Source of the DNA: Thermoanaerobaculia bacterium
GTDB taxonomy: Bacteria > Acidobacteriota > Thermoanaerobaculia > UBA5066
DNA length: 64,000 nucleotides
Reading direction: 5' to 3'
Assembly (NCBI GenBank): GCA_963816185.1
Contig: CAWFJJ010000030.1
Coordinates: 160,001 to 224,000 of the forward strand
This document shows positions 20,799-30,209 of this stretch, one piece after another (positions within the stretch are counted from its first letter, which is position 1; each line of letters begins with the position of its first letter). Position numbers and translations under genes: made by a program. Below the pieces are notes generated by a model. That model saw nothing but the letters and a program-made list of their open reading frames with translations, made no database searches and was not told where the DNA came from.

Positions 20799-21935
20799 AT
20801 GGACCGTCGACGCTTCCTCACGATGTCCCTCACCACGTCGGCCGCGTCCGTCCTGTTCCCGCAGCTCATGATTCCCCCGCGGCTCCTCGCCACGAGCCCC
20901 AAGAAGATTCTCGTCTTGGGAGGGACCAGCTTCCTGGGACCCGCGGTCGTCGAAGCCGCTGTCGTGGCCGGACACAGCGTGACGTTGTTCAATCGTGGAA
21001 TTACCAATCCCGCGTTGTTCCCGGCCCTCGAGAAGCTGCGCGGGTTCCGCAGCCCCGACCCCGCGGACGAGAACTTCACGGCGTTGGGCCGGCGGCGCTG
21101 GGACGTGGTCATCGACGTATGGCCATCCGATCCCTCGGTCGCCGAGAGCGCAGCTCGCCTGCTGCGGGATCAAACGACGCATTATCTCTACGTCTCGTCG
21201 ATCGCCGCGTACGATCGAAAGGGCTTTGCGCAAGCGGGTCTGACGGAAAACGCGCGCCTGAATCCCTGGGATACAGCCATTCGCCCGTACGACCGGGGGA
21301 AAGCGGAAAGCGAGCGCCGCCTCGTCGCTCTCCTGAGGAATCGACTCACAGTCGTCCGTCCCGGACCTATCAAGGGCGACCGGGACACCACACCCGACCT
21401 CCTGGCCTGGTTACGACGGGCTCAGACAGGGACGACGCACATCGGACCGGGAACGGGTGAGGACCACGTGCAGCTGGTCGACGTCAAGGACGTGGCACGA
21501 TTTCTCGTCCTCGCCATCGACCGATCCCTTCACGGAACATTCAACCTCACCGGCACCCCCATGTCGTTCCGCGATTTCCTCGCACGCTGCGTCGCCGCCA
21601 CGCGCTCGAGTTCCGATTTCGTCTGGATCCCCCAGGATTTTCTGCACCAGCGAGGACTGGATCCCGATCCCTCCTATCTTGGCAAGTTTCCGTTCTGGCA
21701 TCCAGAACCCGAGCGACGCGGTTTCTTCCAGATCAGCAGTCAGAAGGCATTCGACGCAGGTTGGACTCAGCGCCCGTTCACGGAGACTGCGCTCGAGTCC
21801 CTATGGTTTTTCGATCAACTCGATCCCACCGTGTGGGAGTGGACTGACGAACTGTCGCCGCAGAGCGAAGCGAGCGCTCTCGCGGCATGGAGGGAAGCGA
21901 CCCTGTCTCTGACTGGTACCGGAGGAGGGATTTGA
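20799..21935 (+). CDS. Tat-exported NAD-dependent epimerase/dehydratase family protein
   Basis: MDRRRFL twin-Arg signal; ILVLGGTSFLG, FNRG, YVSSIAAY, YDRGK. Confidence 0.85.
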   Translation: MDRRRFLTMSLTTSAASVLFPQLMIPPRLLATSPKKILVLGGTSFLGPAVVEAAVVAGHSVTLFNRGITNPALFPALEKLRGFRSPDPADENFTALGRRRWDVVIDVWPSDPSVAESAARLLRDQTTHYLYVSSIAAYDRKGFAQAGLTENARLNPWDTAIRPYDRGKAESERRLVALLRNRLTVVRPGPIKGDRDTTPDLLAWLRRAQTGTTHIGPGTGEDHVQLVDVKDVARFLVLAIDRSLHGTFNLTGTPMSFRDFLARCVAATRSSSDFVWIPQDFLHQRGLDPDPSYLGKFPFWHPEPERRGFFQISSQKAFDAGWTQRPFTETALESLWFFDQLDPTVWEWTDELSPQSEASALAAWREATLSLTGTGGGI

Positions 21936-22001
21936 ACCCTCACGACCCTTTCGGGTCAGGGGATTTTAAGTCCCCTGCGTCTGCCATTTCGCCACTCCGG
22001 C
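21914..22001 (-). tRNA. tRNA-Leu(TAA)
   Basis: GCCGGAGTGGCGAAATGGCAGACGCAGGGGACTTAAAATCCCC, long variable arm, GGTTCAAATCC, ACCA. Confidence 0.96.
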
Positions 22002-22046
22002 GCGGAGAAGCTTACGCCGGGAGGCGGGCGCGAGGGAGGACGGGAT

Positions 22047-22122
22047 TGGAGGCGACGGTCGGAGTCGAACCGACGAATGAGGCTTTTGCAGAGCCTTCCC
22101 TTAACCACTTGGGTACGTCGCC
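22047..22122 (-). tRNA. tRNA-Cys(GCA)
   Basis: GGCGACGTACCCAAGTGGTTAAGGGAAGGCTCTGCAAAAGCCTCATTCGTCGGTTCGACTCCGACCGTCGCCTCCA. Confidence 0.96.
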
Positions 22123-22159
22123 GTCCCGCTCGGAGGCGGGATGTTAGCAGGCCGAGGCC

Positions 22160-23131
22160 TCAGCTCGACATCGCGCGCGCGAGGACGAACAGCGACGGAT
22201 CGAGGGGCTTCGTCTTCCCGGCGACGTCGTCGAGAGGCGTGGCTGCCACGACCCCCCCGAGCTGGCCGACGAGGATGCCGGACTCCCCCGCCGCGAGGCG
22301 CTGGACTGCCGCTGCGCCGAGGCGCGTCGCGAGGAGCCGATCGAAGGCGCCCGGCGAGCCCCCGCGCTGCACGTGGCCGAGCTGCGTGACGCGCAAGTCG
22401 AAGCCGAGGCGCTTCTCGTTCTCCCGGAAATACTGCGCGAGCGCCCGGGCGTTCTGACGCGCACCCTCCGCCACGACCACGATGGCGTGCCTCTTCCCGC
22501 GCTCACGCGCGACGTAGAGGTCCTGCGCGAGCTCCTCGAGGTTGGTCTCCATCTCGGGGATGACGATCGCCTCGGCTCCTCCCGCGATTCCCGCCATGAG
22601 CGCGAGATAACCGCAATCGCGGCCCATGACCTCGACGAGGAACGCGCGCTCGTGAGAAGACGCCGTGACCTTCAGCCGGTCGATGGCCTCCAGGGCGATG
22701 TTGAGGGCCGTGTCGACGCCGATCGTGATGTCCGAGCCCGGAAGGTCGTTGTCGATCGTGGAGGCGACGCCAACGACGGGGAATCCGGCCTTCGCGAGCG
22801 CGTTCGCCCCCATTTGAGAGCCGCTGCCGCCGATGACGACGAGGCATTCGACGCCGCGGGCCCTGAGGACGCCCAGCGCCTGCTCGCGTCCGACTGTCGT
22901 CTTGAATGCGTCGCAGCGCGCGCTCCCGAGGATCGTCCCGCCCTGCTGGATGATGCCGCCCACGTCGCGCGGGCCGAGCGGCGAAAGCTCGCCGCCGAGG
23001 AGTCCCGCGAAGCCGTGATGCACGCCGAAGATGCTCCAGCCCTGCGCGATCCCCGCGCGAACGACGGCGCGGATCGCCGCGTTCATGCCCGGCGCGTCAC
23101 CTCCGCTCGTCAGGACGGCCATGCTTCTCAT
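22160..23131 (-). CDS. pfkA: ATP-dependent 6-phosphofructokinase
   Basis: LTSGGDAPGMNAAIRAVV, GGTILGSAR, TIDND, VEVMGR, LGHVQRGG. Confidence 0.92.
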   Translation of the reverse strand: MRSMAVLTSGGDAPGMNAAIRAVVRAGIAQGWSIFGVHHGFAGLLGGELSPLGPRDVGGIIQQGGTILGSARCDAFKTTVGREQALGVLRARGVECLVVIGGSGSQMGANALAKAGFPVVGVASTIDNDLPGSDITIGVDTALNIALEAIDRLKVTASSHERAFLVEVMGRDCGYLALMAGIAGGAEAIVIPEMETNLEELAQDLYVARERGKRHAIVVVAEGARQNARALAQYFRENEKRLGFDLRVTQLGHVQRGGSPGAFDRLLATRLGAAAVQRLAAGESGILVGQLGGVVAATPLDDVAGKTKPLDPSLFVLARAMSS

Positions 23132-23153
23132 GCGGACTCCCTTCGTTCCCCGC

Positions 23154-24503
23154 TCAAGCGGGGCGGACAAACGGCCATTCTGCCTTCCTTCGCGCCATCA
23201 CGAGATACGCGATGACGCCGGCGCCGAGGACGACGAGCCCCGTCAGCTTGAACCCTTTCTCGGGCGAGAGAAGGACGAAGCCCCAGAGAACGAGCGCGAC
23301 GAGCGCCGGCAGCGGGTAGAGCCACATGCGGAAAGGGCGCGCGAGATCCGGCCGCGTCTTTCGGAGGACGAGCGCCGCGGCGACCTGGGCGATGAACGGG
23401 ATGACCGCGCGAATCGAAACGATGGCCGAGACGACGACCCTGAGGTCCAGGAAAGAGAATACCGAGGCCGCGCCGCCGAGCGCGACGAGCGCGACGACCG
23501 GATAGCCTTCGGTCGGATGCAGGCGCGCGAACGCCGGGAAGAAGTTTCCGTCCCGCGCGGCCGCGAAGAGGATGCGCGAGTAGCCGAGCGTCAGCGAGAA
23601 GACCGACGCGAACGCGGTCCACAGGATGAGGCCCGTCACGAGGCGTGCGACGGGCCGGCCCGCGAGTACCGCGACGAAGTCCGCGACCGTGGATTTCGAG
23701 CCCATGGCCTCGGCCATCGGCAGGACGGAGACGATGCAGGCATTCATGAGGATATAGAGGACGGCCACCGAGAGGATCGAGATGACGATGACACGCGGGA
23801 TCGTCTTCGTCGGCTCGACGATCTCCTCCGCGAGGTAGCAGACGTTGTAGTAGCCGAGGTAGTCGTACACGGCGAGGATGAGGGCCAGTCCGAGCCCGCC
23901 GAGGACTCCGGCGGGCGGCGCGATTCCCGGCGCGGAGACGACGGGCGCCTCCCAGAACCGGAACGCCGCGAGCTTCAGGTGCGGGAGGCCGAGTCCGATC
24001 ACGATCCCCAGCGTCGAGAGGACGCCGATCCAGAGGACGACCGAAAACCGCCCGATCGCACCGATCCGGCGCATGAGGAGGAGAGTGACGGCGACGCACA
24101 ACAGGGACGCCACGGGCGCCTCCCACCTGTCGGGAATCTGCGGAAAGACGAAGTGGAGATAGCGCGAGAAGCCGATCGCCCCCGAAGCCATCGAGAGCGG
24201 AGCCGAGAAGATGATCTGGAAGAGGAACAGGAACGACACGAGCCGGCCCCAGCGCGCGGGACCGTACGCCTCTCGCAGGAACGCATACGAGCCTCCCGCG
24301 CGCGGCAGCTCGGCCGACAGCTCCGCCGTGACGAGCCCGTCCGCGATCGCGAGGACGGCACCGAGGATCCAGGCGCCGAGCGCGCGGCCGCCGCCCATCG
24401 CGGCGAGGATGAGGGGAAGGGTCACGAAGGGCCCGATCCCCACCATGTCGATGATGTTCAGGGCGGTGCCCTGCCAGAGCCCGATCTCGCGCTTGAGCGC
24501 CAT
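23154..24503 (-). CDS. APC-family amino acid permease
   Basis: MVGIGPF, AELSAELPRAGGSYAFL, AEEIVEP.KTIP, RPFRMWLYP; many TM segments. Confidence 0.9.
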   Translation of the reverse strand: MALKREIGLWQGTALNIIDMVGIGPFVTLPLILAAMGGGRALGAWILGAVLAIADGLVTAELSAELPRAGGSYAFLREAYGPARWGRLVSFLFLFQIIFSAPLSMASGAIGFSRYLHFVFPQIPDRWEAPVASLLCVAVTLLLMRRIGAIGRFSVVLWIGVLSTLGIVIGLGLPHLKLAAFRFWEAPVVSAPGIAPPAGVLGGLGLALILAVYDYLGYYNVCYLAEEIVEPTKTIPRVIVISILSVAVLYILMNACIVSVLPMAEAMGSKSTVADFVAVLAGRPVARLVTGLILWTAFASVFSLTLGYSRILFAAARDGNFFPAFARLHPTEGYPVVALVALGGAASVFSFLDLRVVVSAIVSIRAVIPFIAQVAAALVLRKTRPDLARPFRMWLYPLPALVALVLWGFVLLSPEKGFKLTGLVVLGAGVIAYLVMARRKAEWPFVRPA

Positions 24504-24530
24504 GAGCGGGAGAGAATAGCCGTAATCGGC

Positions 24531-25370
24531 ATGCCGAGACTCTCCCCTTCGTTCGTCCTCCCGACGGCGCTCGTTCTCCTCCACGCGCCTGTTCTCGCGC
24601 AGGGTCCCGCGGCTACGCCTCAGATCCAGGACAACAGCTTCCTCATCGAGGAGGCCTACAACCAGACGCCGGGAGTCGTCCAGACGATCCAGACGTTCTC
24701 GCGGATGTCCGGATCAGGCGACTGGGTCTACACCCTGACGCAGGAATGGCCGGTTCCAAGGGAGACGCACCAGCTCAGCGTCACGATTCCGGTGCAGGGC
24801 GTCACGACGGACACCGGGCGGGCGCGGGGCCTCGGCGACGTCGCCCTCAACTACCGTTACCAGCTCGTCGGAAACGGCGACGCCAGGGTCGCCGTCAGTC
24901 CGCGGCTCACGCTCCTCGTTCCGTCCGGCGATCGCACGCGGTCTCTCGGCGCCGGCGGTCTCGGCATCCAGGTCAGCCTCCCGCTCAGCCTCGTTCTCTC
25001 CGATCATTTCGTCACGCACTGGAACGCCGGAGTCACGTTTACGCCCGCGGCGACGGACGTCTCGGGCGAAACGGCGAGCCTCGCCACCTGGAACGCCGGC
25101 CAAAGCGTCGTCTGGCTCGCTCAGCCGCGCTTCAATCTGCTCCTCGAGACCGTGATGACTTCCACGCAGGCCTTCGCGGACCGCGGCGGCACCGAACGCC
25201 GGACCGATGTGCTGGTTTCTCCCGGTGCACGCTTCGCGTTCAATCTGCCGGACAACCTCCAGATCGTCATCGGCCTCGCGGCGCCGATCGACGTCGGCAC
25301 GAGCCACGGGCAGAACAGCGTCTTCCTGTATTTCAGCGTCGAGCTGCCCTTCTGGCACCCGGCGCAGTGA
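24531..25370 (+). CDS. Outer-membrane beta-barrel protein (MetA-pathway 'transporter' family-like)
   Basis: Signal peptide; IQDNSFLIEEAYNQ; GLGDVALNYRY; amphipathic strands; ends VELPF. Confidence 0.7.
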   Translation: MPRLSPSFVLPTALVLLHAPVLAQGPAATPQIQDNSFLIEEAYNQTPGVVQTIQTFSRMSGSGDWVYTLTQEWPVPRETHQLSVTIPVQGVTTDTGRARGLGDVALNYRYQLVGNGDARVAVSPRLTLLVPSGDRTRSLGAGGLGIQVSLPLSLVLSDHFVTHWNAGVTFTPAATDVSGETASLATWNAGQSVVWLAQPRFNLLLETVMTSTQAFADRGGTERRTDVLVSPGARFAFNLPDNLQIVIGLAAPIDVGTSHGQNSVFLYFSVELPFWHPAQ

Positions 25371-25377
25371 ACCGCCC

Positions 25378-26553
25378 TCAGCCCCGCTTCAGGACGTCCT
25401 TCGCGATCGTGTTGAGCTGCATGAAGGAGGTCCCCTCGTAGATCTTTCCGATCTTCGCGTCGCGGTAAAGCTTCTCGAGCGGGTAGTCCTTCACGTAGCC
25501 GTAGCCGCCGAGGAGCTCGAGGCCCCGCGACGTGCACATCTCGGCGACCTCGGAGCCCTTGAGCTTCGCGATCGCGGCCTCCCGCGCGAACGGCAGGCCG
25601 TTCTCCTTCAGGCGCGCCGCGTTGTAGACGGCGAGGCGGGCGCATTCGAGCTCCATGTCCATGCGGGCGAGCTCGTGCTGCACGGCCTGGAACTGCGCGA
25701 GCGGCTGTCCGAACTGTCGGCGTTCCCTCACGTATTTCGCCGTGTAGTCGAGCGCGGCGCGAGAGATGCCGACCATCTGCGCACCAATGCCGATGCGGCC
25801 CTCGTTCAGCGTCTCGATGGCGATCTTATAACCCTCGCCCACGTTGCCGACGACGTTCTCGGCCGGCACCTCGAGGTCCTCGAACGCGAGCGCGAGCGTC
25901 GAGGACGCACGGATTCCGAGCTTGTCCTCCTTCTTGCCCTTGTGGAATCCCTTCCACTGCGACTCGATGAAGAAAGCGGTGATGCCCTTGTAGCCCTTGC
26001 TCTTGTCGACGGTCGCGAAGACGAGGAAGAGCTCGGACTCCAGGCCGTTCGTGATCCAGAGCTTTTCGCCGTTCAGGAGGTAGCGGTCGCCCTTCGGCGT
26101 GGCCGTCGTCGCGAGGGCGAACGCGTCGGAACCCGACCCGGCTTCCGACAGAGCATACGAAGCGACTTTCTTCTTCGCGAGCTGCGGAAAGTACTTCTTC
26201 TGCAAAGCCGGCGAGGCCCAGCGCTTGATCGCGTTGTTCACGAGCGTGTTCTGGACGTCCACGACGACGGCGCAGGCCGCGTCGACGCGGGCGAGCGCCT
26301 CGATGATGGCGATGGACGTGCCGAAGTTCGCGTCGAGGCCGCCGAACTCCTCCGGGATCTCGATTCCCATGAGATCGAGATCGAAGAATTTCCGGATGAG
26401 GTCGGGGTCCATGACGTTCGCCCGGTCCATCTCGCCCGACTTGGGGCCGATCGTCTCCAGGGCGAAGTCATAGACGCCTTCCGCAAGCTCCCGCTCGTGG
26501 TCGGAGAGGACCGACACAGGCGGAATCGCGCGCGTCTCAGTCGTAACAGTCAT
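25378..26553 (-). CDS. Short/branched-chain acyl-CoA dehydrogenase
   Basis: YALSEAGSGSDA, LNGEKLWITN, KLGIRASST, GRIGIGAQ, R.QFG, LGGYGY, IYEGTS. Confidence 0.93.
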   Translation of the reverse strand: MTVTTETRAIPPVSVLSDHERELAEGVYDFALETIGPKSGEMDRANVMDPDLIRKFFDLDLMGIEIPEEFGGLDANFGTSIAIIEALARVDAACAVVVDVQNTLVNNAIKRWASPALQKKYFPQLAKKKVASYALSEAGSGSDAFALATTATPKGDRYLLNGEKLWITNGLESELFLVFATVDKSKGYKGITAFFIESQWKGFHKGKKEDKLGIRASSTLALAFEDLEVPAENVVGNVGEGYKIAIETLNEGRIGIGAQMVGISRAALDYTAKYVRERRQFGQPLAQFQAVQHELARMDMELECARLAVYNAARLKENGLPFAREAAIAKLKGSEVAEMCTSRGLELLGGYGYVKDYPLEKLYRDAKIGKIYEGTSFMQLNTIAKDVLKRG

Positions 26554-26667
26554 CAAAAAATCCTCCACGACTGTAGAATATCTGAAAGAGGGAGAATTTC
26601 TTAGAAGGCGAATGCACTAGCCGCCAGCCGGCTTGCGCGACGTGTTTCACCGGGCGCGGGCACCCTC

Positions 26668-26703
26668 TAAGAAGAAGCGCCGGGGCGTCGAGCCCCGGCG
26701 CTT
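26668..26703 (-). terminator. Probable intrinsic terminator of the TonB-dependent receptor gene
   Basis: AAGCGCCGGGGC-gtcga-GCCCCGGCGCTT 12-bp stem; stem end and tail read TTCTTCTTA on the - strand. Confidence 0.6.
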
Positions 26704-26726
26704 ACATTCATCGAAATGCAGGACCG

Positions 26727-29700
26727 CTAGAACGAGAGGCGCGCTCCCCACTTCAGCTGGTAGCGCGAGCGGATGTCGTTGGTGCTGTACTGCCTCCCCT
26801 CGTTGAGCGCGCCCGAGCTGACCGTGTAGATGGGCTTGCCCGTGGCCGAGTCGATCCCGGAATAATTGAGCGCGGTGTACGTCTGGAAGTTGACGTAACG
26901 GAGGAGTCCCCAGTTGCTGTTGATCAGGTTGAACAGGTTCAGGACGTCGAACGTGAGCTGCACCTGAACCACCGAGATCGGCAGCGTAATGTCGTAGTGG
27001 AAGTCGAGCGAATGGATCCACGGGGCGTCGAGCGCGTTGCGCGGAGCGATCCGGCCGCGGTATTTGTCGAGGCCCGTCGTCGCGAGGAAGGTATTCCACT
27101 GATCTTCGGTAGGCGCCCCCGCTCCCTTCCAGACGACGTCGCCGTAGTTCTGGGGGACGAAGAGCTGATCGTTGCCCGAGGCCCCGTCCTTGTTCGGGTC
27201 GCCGCCCATCAGGATCGAGTACGGCTGTCCCGACTGGGCGAAGTAGACCAACCCGACGTTGTGATTCAGAGGCCCGGTCTTGAAGGCCTGCGTCACGACG
27301 AGGTTGAAGCGGTGCGGCACGTCGAAGAAGGAGCGCGTGAGCTCCTGGGAGTAGATGTCGCCGTCGCCCGTCTGGAACTGCCAGTTCGACAGAGCCACGC
27401 TGGAAGTCGCCTCGAATGCGGACTTCGCGTTCATGTAGGCGTACGTCCCGTTGACGTAGAGGCCGAAGGGGAAGCGCTTCTCCAGCTGCGCGACGAGGTT
27501 CTGCTGCTCGCCCTTCGTGGTGTTGGAAAGGAAGATCGTGTTGCTGAACCCGTTGCTGAGGTTCTTGTAGATGGGCGCGCCCCAGAACGTCGTGCTCCCG
27601 CTCGGGACCTTGTTGATGTTCGTGTAGAAGACGTCCTCGAGAGTCTTCGTGAACATCGCCTCGACGCTCCCGCGAATCCCGAACGGGAGCTCGCGGTCGT
27701 AGCCCAGCGTGCTGCGAAGGACCTTGGGGAACTTGAAATCGGGATCGATCCCGGCGACCGAGATCGCGCCGGTTCCCGGAGGGAAGTCCTTCGGCACGTT
27801 GTTGGGATCCCCGGTGAACGCCACGTTGCTCGCGCTCAGGTTCGTGATCCCGATGCCGGTGTTACCGTAGTTGTTCGAGATCCAGACGAACGGGGTGCGG
27901 CCCGCGAAGACGCCGACCCCGCCGCGCACCTGATCCCTGCCCGACCCGCCCACGTTCCAGTTGAACCCGAGGCGGGGCGAGATGATCAGCTGGTCGCTGG
28001 GCACGTTGCTGGTGTCGACGCCGAACGTATTGAAGACGAGCGGGTTGTAGGTGGGCTTGTCGGTGAGCCGCGGGAGATCCCCCCGGATGCCCAGGTTCAC
28101 CGTGAAGCTGTTGCTGACCCGCCACTGGTCGCCCACGTAGAGGCCCCATTGCTGGGCACTGAACTGCGACGCCGGATTGAATCCGGGGGTGCCGAACTGG
28201 ACCTGGTACCGGGCTGCGTTCCCGGATTCGAGGCTGTGCGCGTCCCCGGGAGTGTTGATGCTGTTGAAGAAGTACGTCCCATAGACGTCCTGGACGAAGA
28301 GGTTGTCGAACTTGAAGAACTCGTTGTGGGTCCCGACCGTGATCGTGTGGTTCCCCTTGATCAGCGTGAAGTCGTCGGTGACCTCGAGGATCTTCTGATC
28401 GAGCGAGTTCGCTCCGGAAGAGCGCTCGGTCCCGGCGACCAGGTTGTAGGTCCCGCTCCCGGTACAGTTCGTGTTGGGCGACTTGCAGACGTAGATCGAC
28501 GGGAAGGCCACCGGCACCGCACGGACGTCCGTGATCGTCTGGTAGCCGACGCGGCCCTGGTTGAAGGACTCGGCACCGAAGACGCTGTTGACCTGCAGCA
28601 CTCCCGAGTTCGTCTTGTTGGTGATCGTGTACCCGGCCGTGTCGAAGGTGAAGGCGCTGGAAGTGCGGCTCTGACTGATTACGTCCTGCAGGGCGTCGAC
28701 GTAGTTGTACCGGAACGTCACCTGGTCGGAGCTCGTGGCGTTGAGATCGAGCCGGCCGAACAGCATGGGGTAGCTGTTCGTCCTCAGATTGGTGTCCCCG
28801 AGCGAACCCGGGTTGTAGCCGTACTTGCTGGTCAGGATGCTCTTGAACGCCGCGGCCCCCGCCGGATCGCTGTACGTGTTGACCGTCGACCCGTCGGCAG
28901 ACCCGTTCGTCGGTTGCGAAAGCTTGTTCCTTTCGCCGTTGACGAAGAAGAAGAGCTTGTCTCTCAGGATCGGTCCGCCCACGCGGGCGCCGAGCTGGTC
29001 GGAGTCGAAGGACGCGATCGGCTTGTCGATCGAGTCGCCGTAGGCCTGCGGGGCCTTGCTGCCGATGTACTTCTGGTTCCGCTTCGAGCCGAAGACCGAG
29101 CCGTGGAAGTCGTTCGTCCCGCTCCTCGTGATGGCGTTGATGGCGCCGCCGGTGAACCCGCCCTGCTTGATGTCGTAGGGGGAGACGGCGACCTGGATCT
29201 CCTGGATGGTGTCCAGCGAGATGGGCTGCGTGTCCGTCAGGCCGCCCGGGGTGCCCGAACCGGAGAGCCCGAAGAGGTCGTTGTTGACCGCGCCGTCGAT
29301 CTGGATCGTGTTGTACCGGTTGTTCATCCCCGCGATGGAGATGGTCGTCTGCGTCGAATCGAAAGGCTGTACGTTGGCGTAGGGGCTCGTCCGGACGAAG
29401 TCCTGGAACTGCCGGCGAATCGTCGGCAGGGACTTGATCTCGTCGTTCGAAACCGACTGGGCCGAGCCCATCCGGTCCGGGCTGATCAGCGGCGCGGCCT
29501 CGGCCGTGACGTTGACGTTCTCCGCCACCGCCTCGAGGTTCAGCTCGAATGTGAGGAAGCGCTTCTCGCCGAGGGCGACGTTGACGTCCTTGATGGTCTC
29601 GGTCCTGAAGCCGCTGATCTTCGCGGTCAGCGTGTAGGGTCCGCCCACGCGGACGTTGAGGATGCTGAAGAGTCCGCTGGCCGAAGACACCGTCGTGTAA

Positions 29701-29888
29701 CGAGTGCCGGTGGGGACGTGGACGGCCTCCACCGTGGCACCGGGAAGGGGACTCTTGTCCGACTTGACCTCCACGATTCCCTGAAGACCGCCGGTGGTCT
29801 CCTGGCCGCGCGCGGGCACGGCCGACAGGAAGAAGGCCGCGGTCGCGGCAAGGGCGAACGGAAGTCCGATACGGGGGCGCAGTTTCAT
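26727..29888 (-). CDS. TonB-dependent receptor with N-terminal carboxypeptidase-regulatory-like domain (Oar-like)
   Basis: Signal peptide; LPGATVEAVH.PTG; IDGAVNND.FG, GGFTGG.INAITRSGTN; C-terminal GARLSF. Confidence 0.92.
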   Translation of the reverse strand: MKLRPRIGLPFALAATAAFFLSAVPARGQETTGGLQGIVEVKSDKSPLPGATVEAVHVPTGTRYTTVSSASGLFSILNVRVGGPYTLTAKISGFRTETIKDVNVALGEKRFLTFELNLEAVAENVNVTAEAAPLISPDRMGSAQSVSNDEIKSLPTIRRQFQDFVRTSPYANVQPFDSTQTTISIAGMNNRYNTIQIDGAVNNDLFGLSGSGTPGGLTDTQPISLDTIQEIQVAVSPYDIKQGGFTGGAINAITRSGTNDFHGSVFGSKRNQKYIGSKAPQAYGDSIDKPIASFDSDQLGARVGGPILRDKLFFFVNGERNKLSQPTNGSADGSTVNTYSDPAGAAAFKSILTSKYGYNPGSLGDTNLRTNSYPMLFGRLDLNATSSDQVTFRYNYVDALQDVISQSRTSSAFTFDTAGYTITNKTNSGVLQVNSVFGAESFNQGRVGYQTITDVRAVPVAFPSIYVCKSPNTNCTGSGTYNLVAGTERSSGANSLDQKILEVTDDFTLIKGNHTITVGTHNEFFKFDNLFVQDVYGTYFFNSINTPGDAHSLESGNAARYQVQFGTPGFNPASQFSAQQWGLYVGDQWRVSNSFTVNLGIRGDLPRLTDKPTYNPLVFNTFGVDTSNVPSDQLIISPRLGFNWNVGGSGRDQVRGGVGVFAGRTPFVWISNNYGNTGIGITNLSASNVAFTGDPNNVPKDFPPGTGAISVAGIDPDFKFPKVLRSTLGYDRELPFGIRGSVEAMFTKTLEDVFYTNINKVPSGSTTFWGAPIYKNLSNGFSNTIFLSNTTKGEQQNLVAQLEKRFPFGLYVNGTYAYMNAKSAFEATSSVALSNWQFQTGDGDIYSQELTRSFFDVPHRFNLVVTQAFKTGPLNHNVGLVYFAQSGQPYSILMGGDPNKDGASGNDQLFVPQNYGDVVWKGAGAPTEDQWNTFLATTGLDKYRGRIAPRNALDAPWIHSLDFHYDITLPISVVQVQLTFDVLNLFNLINSNWGLLRYVNFQTYTALNYSGIDSATGKPIYTVSSGALNEGRQYSTNDIRSRYQLKWGARLSF

Positions 29889-30209
29889 GTAGTCACCTCT
29901 TGCTGAATTGGAAAATAAATGAAAGAAAACGACTCGCAGATTTGCAGTCGGGTGTAAACACTACGTGAAGGCAGGTTCATGGCAGCGTCTTTTCGAAGAG
30001 CTTTCCTGAACCAGGAGCGGGTTTAGCGGGCGCCGTCAATCCCCGCAGCTTATGGCACCGGAACCTGTCTCGGCTACTGGGTAAGGTGCATCAGTCCTTC
30101 GACCCTCCATCGGGCCCATCATTAGAGCTGTTGCCTTCCCTCTCTTCCCCGCAACTCGACATCCCGGCCGGCGAAACCCGGCGGGCTCAATGAACTAACA
30201 GGAGGTTTC

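Noticed and set aside
30050-30072. sigma54 promoter upstream of gdhA (TGGCAC at ~30053)
   Set aside because: No GC at the -12 position (TGGCACCGGAACCTG), so the spacing rule fails.
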